Assembly (NCBI GenBank): GCA_051294375.1 | Contig: JBJCIZ010000239.1 | Location: forward strand, 5,069,149 to 5,133,148 | From: Paraspadella gotoi | Lineage: Eukaryota; Animalia; Chaetognatha | Direction: 5' to 3' | DNA: 64,000 bases | In this document: in pieces, positions 1 through 10,955 of the stretch | How the letters are laid out: every line of letters begins with the position of its first letter | How positions within the stretch are numbered: position 1 is the first letter of the stretch | Made by a program: the position numbers and the translations under genes | Notes under the pieces: model-generated | What the model saw: only the letters and a program-made list of their open reading frames with translations | Told to the model about the DNA's origin: nothing | Database searches by the model: none

Positions 1-212
1 CGAAGATGATCTGTCCCAATGGATTGAAATATTGTTTATGAATAAAAATATTGAACCCGTACTCCCATGTGTAATCTTTATCTAATTCATTATCTCGGTA
101 CATGCGATGACTCTCAAAAAAAAAAAAAAAAAGAAAAAAAAGTTTTTAATTTTAGGCCAACTTCCAAGACTATAGATAGTTTTTATAGATAGTTTTTATC
201 TCTTGTTCTCAC

Positions 213-358
213 CCTCTTTGACGGTTTGGAATTTGGAAAAAGCCTTGGCTTTGCCTTTCCCGCCAAAAGACGGAATCCACAGATAACCGTCGTCGACGTC
301 GTCTCTTTTCCCTCTGTCGAAGGCGATGGAAACGAAGAGGAAAGATCCGTCCGAGAAT
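213..358 (-). CDS. Fukutin-like gene, exon 5
   Basis: Acceptor ttgtcag (359), donor gtgaga (212). Open frame FSDGSFLFVSIAFDRGKRDDVDDGYLWIPSFGGKGKAKAFSKFQTVKE (ORF 196..381). Confidence 0.72.
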
Positions 359-1701
359 CTGACAATTATTAGAGATGACAAAGTATAGTTTTTTTTTTTT
401 AAATTTTAAATATATAAATATGAATATAAATAAGTAAATGAATAAAAAGATAAATAAAAAAATTAAATAAATAAATAAAATGTAAATATAGATATGAATA
501 TAAATAAAATTATGAATAGAAAATATATATAAAATCTAGTGAATTTAAAATGTACTTCATGTTTTCATAAAAAAATATCCTATTGAAATTCGTCCATGCC
601 ATTGATGAGCACATGATTAAAAAAGTAAGTAACCTGAAATACTGGGAATTAAAAAATAAAATGTCAGTCATTTTTATACTAAATATATATATATATATAT
701 GAAAAATCGGAAGACCTTATATCAGATAATTTAGCCATAGTATTTGATCATTTTTCATTATTTGAAATACGAGAAAAAGCTTCAGAATCATGGACCTGTT
801 TTTCATCGTATGTTTTAATAACCTTAAGATTATTATTCAGGGATCTGGGGCAATCAAGTTATCCAGCTATCCCTCCGAATGTTCACTATATTTTTTTTTC
901 ATTTTTAATACATTTCAAGTATAGTAAAATATCATAAAAAAAAGATAAATCCTAAATCTAATATTTTTTTTTTACATTCAGCTTTGCGGGAGAGTAATTA
1001 ATTTTTAAAAATCATTAAAAATCAAACTTTAAATCATTTTTAATTTTTTTTTTTAAATACAAGTATATAGAATGATTTTTTAAGTCTGAAATAAAGTGGC
1101 GCGATTTTTTTGTAGATGATCAAAATCAACATCACCATTACAAAAGCTCCGAAACTAATGAACAAAGGCTAACTTACTCACAAGTACTCACCCAAATCGG
1201 AGCCCGTACAACAGGTTAGCTTTGTTCGACAAGGATCCTTCCGTGTTCGCCGTTCTGAAGTCGGGACCCTCGATTCTTTCCACCTTCCAACCAGAGCTGA
1301 TTGTTTTGTTAGTTCTGTGAAATGTATAACCAGATTGTTAATGTTGTTTTAAGAGAGATGAATATTATTGCCTCGCCACTCTCTCAATCACGCGTTCCCT
1401 CAGTTATTATTTGACCGGTCTTCTACTGGTCAGTCAATAGTTTTAACGGTCTTTTTTCTGGCCATCTCGAAATTTACTTGAGATGCAAAACCGCAATCAT
1501 TTTCGTTTTTCAAGGAAAATCATGAATATTGATCGTCAGAAACTCTAGTTTTATGAGTTTCTGGATTGCCTATAATTATAATAAATAGTAAATTGTTTTG
1601 AACCGGTTTCGTCCTGGAACTCAAGTTAAACCCTTTTGACTGGCGACTGAAAGAAGAAAAATAAGAAGAAGAAGAATAAGATGAAGAAGACGAAAGTTCT
1701 T

Positions 1702-1795
<94 letters not shown>

Positions 1796-2885
1796 AAATA
1801 CAAATGGCAACCTCCTGAAATCCTTTTGTTCATAGACTTACCCTATTTCTCCACCCATGCTCATCTTTCTCCTTCTCCTCTCCATCTTTTCCAATTCTCT
1901 CGTCCAGTTCGTCGTCGCCTCCTCCAAAGCCTCCGCTTGATTCTCGAAGACAAGAAGCGTTTCGTCGACGGCGGCAGCGGCGGAAACTTTCTTCCCCTCC
2001 TCCTCCTTCTCTTCCAAAGCCTCCCGCGGAACGACGACCAACTTGAGCTTCGCCTCCGCAAAAAATCGTAGGAGATGAGATCGTTGGGATTTTGGAGAAG
2101 ATGAAGGGGATTCGTTGGAGGAAGATATCGGGATGCTGCTGGAGATGGTGATGTCGCGGGGACGGATGGAGAAAAACAAAGGGTTAGAGTGAACCATGGT
2201 AGAGTGAAAAGGAGAGGAAAAAGTTTTAGATTTCGATGAATGAAATTCTGAGTTTAATGCATTTGAAACGGAAGTCGCCGGCGACGACGCCGAAGCGGCT
2301 GCTGACGTTGTCGCTGGATTCGACCCTATTCGAAAGGCGTTGGATAATACTATTAATTTTATTTTTCAAGACGTTAATTTTTAAGTTATTGCATAAGTGC
2401 AGAGCCTTCATAGACCTTTTCGCCTAAACTTTAGACATCTCTTTGAGTTTGAAATGAATTTCAATCTCTGAAATATTTCAAATATTTCGAATATTGACTT
2501 GAACTTGAATTTGTCGAACTAAAGACCACCTGAAGATTTACCTCATCCGCTGCAATCCCAACCACTAACCTCCGCACCCCATACGCCCTCACCCTCCCCA
2601 CACTTACCCAACCATCCCCAAAATGCCTAACGAACCCCGACCCCCACCTCACCGCAAAAGTTTTTTTAGCGCCGCTTCGCCGTTGTAGAAATAAAAGACG
2701 CAAGGGAAAAAGAAGCCGACGAATAAGAGAAGGAACGCCGATTTCCTGTTGACGCCCAGCCACGGTGACGGTCTGTTGCGTCAGAAGGAAATTGACGGTG
2801 GATCATTGGAAAAAATAAAAACGGCGGGGCTATTTATAGAAAGCAAACAATTCAATATTTACCTGGCGGTATATATAGCTCGCAT
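213..2885 (-). CDS. FKTN: Fukutin-like (LicD-family) type II membrane protein, 5' part; spliced, continues beyond window start
   Basis: Manual GT-AG splicing of exons 2885-2863, 2772-2653, 2138-1842, 1314-1192 and 358-213 keeps one frame (phases 2,2,2,2,1). Product: MRAIYTARPSPWLGVNRKSAFLLLFVGFFFPCVFYFYNGEAALKKLLRSIPISSS...LLRFFAEAKLKLVVVPREALEE...GWKVERIEGPDFRTANTEGSLSNKANLLYGLRFGFSDGSFLFVSIAFDRGKRDDVDDGYLWIPS. The signal anchor followed by G-W/F...IE..D.R, SLS, L.Y, (D/E)R and YLW follows the order I recall for fukutin (GFQCLKIESKDPR...SLS...LHY...HER...NYLW). Family call is by eye, with no database search. Confidence 0.62.
1192..1314 (-). CDS. Fukutin-like gene, exon 4
   Basis: Acceptor ttcacag (1315), donor gtgagt (1191), 123 nt, open frame TNKTISSGWKVERIEGPDFRTANTEGSLSNKANLLYGLRF. 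Confidence 0.75.
1703..1790. repeat. (GA)n microsatellite (representative; others at 13671, 27273, 32173, 35949, 38776, 47025 etc.)
   Basis: Perfect dinucleotide tract. Confidence 0.95.
1842..2138 (-). CDS. Fukutin-like gene, exon 3
   Basis: Branch-like ctaac, pyrimidine tract and tccag acceptor (2139); donor gtaagt (1841); 297 nt inside ORF 1838..2197. Confidence 0.72.
2653..2772 (-). CDS. Fukutin-like gene, exon 2 (signal anchor)
   Basis: Acceptor caacag at 2773, donor gtgagg at 2652, 120 nt. Encodes basic residues plus hydrophobic AFLLLFVGFFFPCVFYFY. Confidence 0.65.
2863..2885 (-). CDS. Fukutin-like gene, coding exon 1 (MRAIYTA)
   Basis: aaaATG start at 2885; donor cag|gtaaat at 2862; phase 2 matches the next acceptor. 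Confidence 0.55.
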
Positions 2886-3295
2886 TTTATAATATTGCGA
2901 AAGGCAAATTTTTGCCTATTCAGTATTTTAACAAACGAAAGCTATATGGTTTTTCTTTCGGTTTTTTTTTTCTTGTGTTTTTTTATCTCGCCAGACTGGC
3001 CTCGGACGAGACCCATCTTGGGTGGGATAATGGTTTACTATTGCTTTTTAGTGACGTCGTCGTCGTCGTCGTTGTCATCGTTATCGTCGTCATGCTTTTT
3101 TTACATTTATTTACAATAGAATATCATAAAAGTGTGTAATTGAAGGAAGCTTAAAATTTCGATGTGGATTCTCATCATCAAGATCTTTTCAAATGGATAC
3201 AAGTATTTTTTGTTTGAAGTTCTTTAACGTTATTATTAACAGTAAAATACTGTAATACTATAATAATAATAATAATAATAATAATACTAAAAACG

Positions 3296-3460
3296 AGACT
3301 GTGAGAGAGTCTTGATTGAAAGCTTGAAGAAATATGCTATGTCATTATCTTGTAAGAGTGATGGAGGCTTTAAACCACCGAAGCATGTCCAAAGTCAGAG
3401 GCAAGATAGCTTGTTTATTAAATGAATGGATAATTATTATATTGGTTGTACAAATTTCAT
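3296..3460 (+). mobile_element. Interspersed repeat family A (unclassified, about 230 bp)
   Basis: Shares gactgtgagagagtcttgattgaaagcttg...atgtcattatcttgtaagagtgatggagg...caaagtcag with copies at 11375-11595 (-), 25298-25420 (-), 52239-52345 (+) and 57160-57315 (+). Confidence 0.7.
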
Positions 3461-3599
3461 ACAAATAGCATATAGAATAGGAAGATTTCTATATTTTTTT
3501 TAATTATATGTCGCTTTCTCTCTCTTTATCTCAATCGCTGCCTCTTCTGATTCGTCTAAAAACAAGTTTGAGCTAACAATGTCGAATCTGCCTACGATA

Positions 3600-4245
3600 A
3601 TAAAGTGGAGTTTTTTGCAAAGGGGGACAGACAGATGGATGGACAGACAGACGTATGGACGACGGACAATCATTTTTTTTTGCGCATAATTTATCCAATG
3701 TTAACCTTTCGATTTGTTGTGTTGATGAAGACTTGTATTAGAGTCGAAACATGTCTGTTCCTATTAAAAATAAAATCGTTGTAGAAATAAAAACAATATC
3801 TCTTTGCATAATTTATCATAATTTGATGTTGCGATATGATTTAAGTTAAGATTGAGGGGGCGGACCGACGGACCGACAAAGTGAATTACAGAGTCGGAAT
3901 CTGCTAGTAAGCAGATTAAACTAAAAATTCAAGACACGTTGACTTTGGTTTTTTTTCTATGCAAACTCATTTCCACTCCTCGGTTCAATCGAAACTTTAT
4001 ATCCAGCTTAATCACACACTTTTTTTTTCTACCCACACATCCAATCCCGAGTAATGGGATTTTTTTGCTAATGGGGAACGGACAGACAGACAGACGGACG
4101 GACGGATGGATATAATTTTTTTTTTGCATAATTTATCATAATTCGAGGTTCTGATAATATAATAGTGATTTACCGACAAGATTTTGGGGGTGAGACCGAC
4201 GGACCGACAAAGTGAATAATAGAGTCGGAATCTGCTGATAAGCTG
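3600..4245 (-). mobile_element. Two adjacent HINE/DINE-1-like (Helentron-associated) element fragments
   Basis: Reverse complement of 50847-51160: terminal hairpin (gtcggaatctgct...agcagat), gaccgacggaccgac motif and (GACA/GACG)n microsatellite. Confidence 0.6.
3696..3805 (+). mobile_element. 110-bp insert carrying a decayed Penelope-type hammerhead motif
   Basis: Interrupts the HINE sequence and is flanked by gcataatttatc at 3684-3695 and 3806-3817. Contains tTGATGA-a-gact-loop-agtc-GAAA-catgtc at 3722-3755. Confidence 0.5.
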
Positions 4246-4762
4246 ATAAGCTGATAAGGAGGAAATTATAGAAAATGTTATGGAAAAGTCAAGGAAAAGT
4301 GAGAAAGGAGATAGTAAGTAGAGGAAAGGAAAAGGAATATAAAACAGAAAAGAAAGGAAAAGAAACTATAAAAGTAAGAGATACTTTAAAAAATAAGAAT
4401 TGATTTTTTTTTTGGTATTATGATCTCGATTCATTTGTTTTTTTTTTTATTTCAGAAAATAAAAACGAACAAACCAAATGAATAACAAACCGTGTTCAAA
4501 ATCGGACTAAACTAAACTAAATCAAAATATAAATAAACAAAGATTGGTGAATAGGAAAAAACAATTGTCAAGTTTTGTTTTTGAAAAAAAAAACTAAATA
4601 ACGAAACAAAACGAAACAAAACAAAACAGACTCAATGTTATTCGCGCCTCCTCGGATATTTCGTCCTTCCCTTGACTCCCTCCGCTCTCTATTCTCCTCC
4701 CTTTCTTCCTCTCTCTCCTCCTCCTCCTCCTCCTCCTCCTCCTCCCCTCCCTCCCCCACGCC

Positions 4763-5226
4763 ATGGATCAAAATGACGCCGGTATCGACCCGCTTTACTC
4801 CCGGCGTCGCGTCAAAGTCACCGACGTCGTTTCCTTGACTTCATCGTCCCCACCGGCGCCGTTGTATTCGACGGTGGAACGAAAACTCCTTCCCAGGCGA
4901 GGCCCGGATCGAGCATTTCACTCCGCGGCGCCGTCCACGTTCTCGCGCCTCAAACCGGCGCCTGGTTTCGCCGAACGGCGCCGCGATTCCACGGAATCGG
5001 CGTCGCAATCCTCGGAATCTCTGCCTCCTTCCATCAACAGCTTCTCGGACGGCGTCGGCGGCTGCGTAGGCGGCTCTGCGGCGGCGGATTGGCGGCCCGG
5101 AACTTCAGCGGCGTCGTCGTCGAGGGCGCCGGAAAGTTGGCACGACGCCGGTTCTGAGGCGGCGTCGTGCGCGGATTCTCTGCCGCGGAGGAGAGAGGCG
5201 CTGGATTCGTTGCCCAGGAGTCGGAA
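4763..5226 (+). CDS. Uncharacterised Ser/Pro/Arg-rich protein with DSLPR repeats, exon 1
   Basis: GC-rich ORF 4763..5230 with a strong start context (gccATGg); donor aa|gtgaga at 5227 just before the in-frame stop; contains DSLPR twice. Confidence 0.72.
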
Positions 5227-5233
5227 GTGAGAG

Positions 5234-5276
<43 letters not shown>

Positions 5277-5432
5277 AAAAAAGTTAAAAAACAGTTGCGA
5301 GACACCTGATTTATTAAAGAAATTGGGTTAATCCATTTTCGTACCCTAATCTAAGTCGAATAAAAACTCATTTCAAACAAGCTTCCCAACTCTGCAATAT
5401 GCAAATGAAATTATTAACAATCTCTCCCACAG

Positions 5433-5677
5433 AAATTCTCTCCCCGACACGGACGCCGTCTCTTCCTCATTCGATTCTCTTCCCCGACAACGATCCTTTG
5501 CCCATCAGTCAATCGATCGCTCCTTCGACGACTCCTTCGAAGGAGCTCCCGCTCCACAGGATTCGCTACCGCGAAGACGACGTCGGGAAGAGGAAGACAA
5601 CGACAACAACGACGACAATCGTTGCCTCGATTCGATCCCCATCGGCAGACATCCTTACTTCGACAATCTAGTAGAAG
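5433..5677 (+). CDS. DSLPR-repeat protein, exon 2
   Basis: Acceptor tctctcccacag, donor gtaacc. The phase-matched frame KNSLPDTDAVSSSFDSLPRQR...QDSLPRRRRREEED...RHPYFDNLVE repeats the DSLPR motif of exon 1. Confidence 0.75.
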
Positions 5678-5804
5678 GTAACCGCGTGGGGCTCTATATT
5701 CCGATAGTGCCGATTTTCTTTCTCAAAGTCAAAGTTCACCCCCCCGATATCTAACTTACTTTTTTCTCACCTTACCCACCCCAAACCCCAACCCTCGATA
5801 ACAG

Positions 5805-6117
5805 ACGACGAGTCCCTCCCTCCCCCTCCTTCGCCAAAAGTCGAAGCCTGCGACTGCCCCAATTGTCACGTGACCAACCCCCTCGATCCGGAGCCCCTCT
5901 CGTCCAATCAGAGCTCGTCCGACGGAAGTTCGACCAATCAGCGCTCGACTAATCGACGTAACGTCTGTAACGGATCGATTCAACAACGGCTTTCGACCAA
6001 TCAGCGTTCAGTTTTGGCGAGTGAAGATTGGACCAATCGGATCGCGTTCTCGCCGGAATCGACCAATCAAAACGCCGATCGCGGCATGGAATACAACCAA
6101 CTCGATTTTCGCAAAGG
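5805..6117 (+). CDS. DSLPR-repeat protein, exon 3
   Basis: Acceptor taacag, donor gtgagt. Phase-matched open frame DDESLPPPPSPKVEACDCPNCHVTN...STNQ...MEYNQLDFRK. Confidence 0.72.
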
Positions 6118-6311
6118 GTGAGTTTTAAAGTTCGTGACATTTATAATTGTCAAGTTTGAAAATCTATCTAATTTTGTCGGCTATATAAAATAGTATAGTA
6201 TATTATCATATAGTATAGAAAATATTATTTCATATTTTTTTACCATCTGCTACCAAAAATTTCCAACCTATTTCTTTTTTTAGTCATTCGCTCCCCTAAT
6301 ATGCAAATTAG

Positions 6312-6416
6312 CCAATTCGCTTCCACATTCTCAGACTCTTTTAAGAGAGCTCTCGACGGCTCCAGATCCAAGGGTCCTTCATTGGAGTCGGGGATTCTTG
6401 GCTCGCTCCTATTGAG
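6312..6416 (+). CDS. DSLPR-repeat protein, probable exon 4
   Basis: Acceptor aaattag at 6311 gives phase 2 and QFASTFSDSFKRALDGSRSKGPSLESGILGSLLL. Donor ag|gtgg is weak and other AGs are nearby, so the boundaries are uncertain. Confidence 0.5.
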
Positions 6417-7249
6417 GTGGAAGAGGAGGAGGAGGAGGAGGAGGAGGGGGGTGAAGAAGAGGCTAAAAAAATATTTCAAAAGTTTGATATTATTATCATT
6501 ATCATTTTATCAATAATTTGACGATTTATTTGAGCCAAACAACAGCAAATTCTAAAATTTAAAGTCTTTGTCCTCGTTATTACATGAGTATGTACATGAA
6601 TAATTAGAGACAGACAGAAACCAACATATTAACATTTTAACACACAGTTTAACACTCGCACACAAACGCATACACAAACGTATATACACACACCGACACA
6701 CAAACACAACCAAAAACACATAAACAAACTTCGCCAAACAAAACATAAAACAATTTCGATCCCTACTCGCGAAAAAGATAAAAAAAAAGTATTTTTCCTT
6801 TTTTCCCAAAAGTACCCCATTTTACTTTAAATTCAGAATTTAACATAAAAAAAAGACTAGTTTAGTTTGGGATTTTGTCGAGAATGATCAATGATCATTG
6901 GTCAATGATTAGGATTTAAGCTAAGGGAATAAAATTAAGGTCAAGAATAAGGATTAGAGTATATTTATATCATAAAATATGAAGTTTCAAAATAAAAATA
7001 AAAATTTAGTTTAGGTATTAACAAAAAGAAATAGGGCGCTTTCGGAGGATAGTGACCCTCCTCTTTTTTTTCTGCGGCTCAAAAAAAAAAAAGTCATAAA
7101 CTAAAGATTTCCGTTTTTCCCCGATTTTTTCCACGAGGAAAAAATATGATAAACAAAAAACAAACGATCACTTTGTTGTCGAGACTTTAAGCTCCCATGG
7201 CTGTCGTTGTCGTTGTTGTTGTTGTTCGTCGTCGTCTTTGTCGTTGTTG

Positions 7250-9135
7250 TTTGTCAATCCCGTTTTTTTTTAACAACAATCATCCCTTTCTCAACCACAT
7301 TCAATTCTCCCCCCCCCCCCCCCTCCCCCCCCTCCGCGCCCCCCCCCCCGCCCCCCCACCCCGCGCCCCCCCCCCCAGTTTCTCAAACGCAGCAGATTCA
7401 TGACCTTTCCTAAACCACATCTCAAGTGCCCTTGTTCTCAACCACATTCATCCCTTTACTCAACCCACTCTCATCCCAGTTCTCAACCACATTCATTCCT
7501 TTACTCAACCACATCTCATTCCGTTTTCTCAACCACATTCATGACCCTTTTCTCAACCAAAATCAATTTCATCCCTTTTCTCACCACTCTCATCCTTTTT
7601 CTCAACCACTATTCATCCCTTTTCTCACCACATTCATTCCTTTACTCAATCCACTTTCCATCCTTTGATCTCAACCACACTTCATCCCTTTTCTCAACCA
7701 ACTCTAATCCTTTTTCTCAACCACTTCATCCCTTTTCTCAACCACATTCATTCCCTTTATCCAACCCACTCTCATCCACCTTTTCTCAACGACACCAATT
7801 CAACCCTTTTCTGACAAACCACATCATCTATCCAACCCCTTAACCTTTTCTCATCAGCATTCATCCCTTTTCTCAACCAATTCATCCCTTTTCTCAACCC
7901 ACATTCATCCTTTTACTCAACCACTCTCATCCCGTTTTCTCAACCACATTCATCATCCTTTACTAACCACTCTCATCCTTTTTCTCAACCACTATTCATC
8001 CCCTATTTCTCAACCACTCTGATCCTTTTTTCTCAACCACATTTAGCCCTTTTCTCAACCATTCTCATCTTTTTCACCCACATTCATCCCTTTTCTCAAC
8101 CATCTCTCATCCCTTCTCAACCCACTGTCAATCTTCCTTTTCTCAACCACTTTCATCACTTTTCTCAACCCACATTCAATTCCCTTTTCCTCAACCACTC
8201 TAATCTTTTTCTCAACCAACATTCATTCCCTTTCTCAACCACATTCATCCCTTTACTGGCACCACGATCTGCCATCCCGTTTTCTCAACGGACACTCGTC
8301 ATCGGCTTTTTCTCAACCACATCTCCATGACCCTTTTCCTCAATCACATTCATTCGCCGCTTTTTCTCAGAGCCAAATTCATGTGGCCCCTTTGTCTCAA
8401 ACCACATTGCCATACCACTTTTACTCAAACGCACTTTCTCATCCCGTTTGCTGCAAACCACAATTCATTCCTTTACGGTCACGCACTATCCATCCGGCTT
8501 TTCCTCAACCACCTTCATAGCCCGTTTTCTCCAGGCACTACTATGCCCTTTTTCAAGCACACATTTATACGCCTGTTTGTCTCCAACCATCTCCTCATGC
8601 CCAGCTGTTTCTCAAGCCACATTGCATTATCCCTGTTTTCTCGAACCATTCTCATCACCGCTTCTCAACCACGCATTCATCCCTTTTACTCAAACCACTC
8701 GATTATCCGTTTTTCTCAACCACATCATCCTTTACTCAACCACTCTCATCGCCTTTCTCAACCACATTCATCCGCTTTTTCTCACACCACCTCTTATCTC
8801 GCTTTTCTCATACCGACATTTATCCCGTTTCTCAAACCATTCTCATCACCCTCTGTTCTCAACCGACATTCAATCGCCTTTTCTCAACCATGTCTCAATC
8901 CCTTTTGCTTCTCAACCAGCTCTCATGTCCTCTCTAAGTCCACTCTTATCGCTTTTTCTCAAAAGCCACATTCCATCCCTTAGGCTGGCAACTCACGTCT
9001 CATCCCTTTTCTCAACCACATTCATCCCTTTTCTCAACCATTCTCATCCCTTTTCTCAACCACTCTCATCCCTTTTCTCAACCACTCTTATCCTTTTTCT
9101 CAACCACATTCATCCCTTTACTCAACCAGCTCAAT
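7250..9135. repeat. ~22-bp minisatellite/satellite array (ttttctcaaccacattcatccc)
   Basis: Dozens of tandem units, noisy in the middle; more units at 9614-9750. Confidence 0.9.
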
Positions 9136-9189
9136 TCCCATCAGACGCGTTAGAGCTTTCGATCGATAATCTAACTCATCGTCTTCGTG

Positions 9190-9223
<34 letters not shown>

Positions 9224-9555
9224 NNNNNNNNNNNNNNNNNNNNNNNNNNNNNNNNNNNNNNNNNNNNNNNNNNNNNNNNNNNNNNNNNNNNNNNNNNNNN
9301 NNNNNNNNNNNNNNNNNNNNNNNNNNNNNNNNNNNNNNNNNNNNNNNNNNTTTTTTTATATTTTCCTTTTCTATTTTTTTTCTTTCTTTCTTTTCTTTCT
9401 TTTCTGTCTCATCTTTCTTTTCTTCTGTTATTTTTTTTTCTTTTTGAATTGTTAGATTGTCTCAATATCTCTCTTTCTGTATTTTATTTCGTTAAAAGTT
9501 TTTTTTTTCCTTTTCAAAATTGTTACAAAATATTTCGTCTATGTCGCAGTCGTCG

Positions 9556-9587
<32 letters not shown>

Positions 9588-10834
9588 GNNNNNNNNNNNN
9601 NNNNNNNNNNNNNATTCTCCCTACATTCATTCCTTTTCTCCATTTTTCTCCACCTTTTTCTCACACCACTCTCACCCTTTCTCAACCAACTCTTACTCCT
9701 TTTTCCAACCCAACATTCATCTCCTTTAACTCACCAGGCTTATTCCCCACATCAACGCGTTAGAAGCTTTCGATCGATAAACTCTACTTCACTGTTCGTG
9801 TCCGTGCGTCTTCGTCGTCGTCTGTCGTCGTCGTCGTCGTCGTCGTCGTCGTTCGTTCGTCGTCTCGTCGTTCGTCGCGTCGTCGTCCGTCTCTCCGTTC
9901 GTCGTCCCCGTCGTCGTCGTCGTCGTCGTCGGCCTCTGAATCATCGCCTCTTTTATAATTTTCCTTTTCTATTTTTTTTCTTTTCTTTCTTTTCTTTCTT
10001 TTCTGTCTCAATCTTTCTTTTCTTCTGTAATTTTTTTTTCTTTTTGAATTGTTCGACTTGTCTTCAATATTCTCTTTCTGTTATTATTTCTGGTTCACAA
10101 AGTCTTTTTTTTCTCTCTCAATTGTACATTTGGTTCCCCTGCTAATATTGAAAATAAAAACCATAAAAAAAAAAAAAAATACTTCTCAAATTACTTCTAT
10201 CTCCTTTCTGAAAATAAAAAACAAATAAAATAAAAATAAATATAAAATAAAATAAACTAAAAATAAAAAAAAATATATATAAAATATAATAAAAAATAAA
10301 AAAATACAAAAAAGATAATAACCAGAACACAAAAACATTGTCAAAACTGTCATTCTTCTAATCTCCTCGTGGTCTCCTGGAATTTAACATCAAAAATATA
10401 AAATAAAAATAAATATAAAACTATAAATAAATGGATATAAAAAAATAAAAAAAAATAATAACACATATAAAAAACTAAAACAAAAAATAAATATCTATCA
10501 AGATAAAACTAAATTTCAAAAAATAGGTAAAACATCAAATATACAGCACAAAAAAAAAATATAACCATGTGACAATAGGCGGTAAATAAAAAAATATCCC
10601 CAATAACAGTTCACTAGTCTTAACGATATTATCCCTTTAAGACTTCCCATAATCTAATTTTTAATAAGAGACGTAAAAGATAAACTCGGAATCTTTTGTA
10701 ATGCTAGATCAGCATCATACGTATCTATATTAGATAAGAAAATATTGATAAAAGATTAATTGAAAAAAAAACGTTTTAGAAATAGGAAATATATATTAAA
10801 AATAAAGCATGGGTTCCCCGCTGCCCCCGCCCAG

Positions 10835-10955
10835 ATCTGATTGTCATGACGTTCGGTCATCGTCGTCGTCGTCGTCGTCGTCGCGGTCCGTCCCGTCCGT
10901 CGTTAAGAATAGGATTTTTAACCGGCACCGGGCACGTACGATACGATGCGCACTG
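10835..10955 (+). CDS. Possible exon 5 of the same gene
   Basis: GC-rich island with acceptor cgcccag and donor gtgaga. Phase-compatible frame SDCHDVRSSSSSSSSSRSVPSVVKNRIFNRHRARTIRCAL. Confidence 0.4.

Noticed and set aside
1-112. Minus-strand open frame SHRMYRDNELDKDYTWEYGFNIFI as the next fukutin (LicD-like) exon
   Set aside because: No phase-1-compatible acceptor, too close to the YLW motif for the catalytic region, and short enough to be open by chance.
2139-2411. ATG 2197 as gene start, or ORF 2226..2411 as a uORF/bicistronic arrangement
   Set aside because: A branch point, pyrimidine tract and CAG at 2139 join exon 2 in frame, so this stretch is most simply intronic.
7400-9455. Long ORFs 7400..7843, 8327..8983 and 8448..9455
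   Set aside because: Translations of the 22-bp satellite and an N gap.
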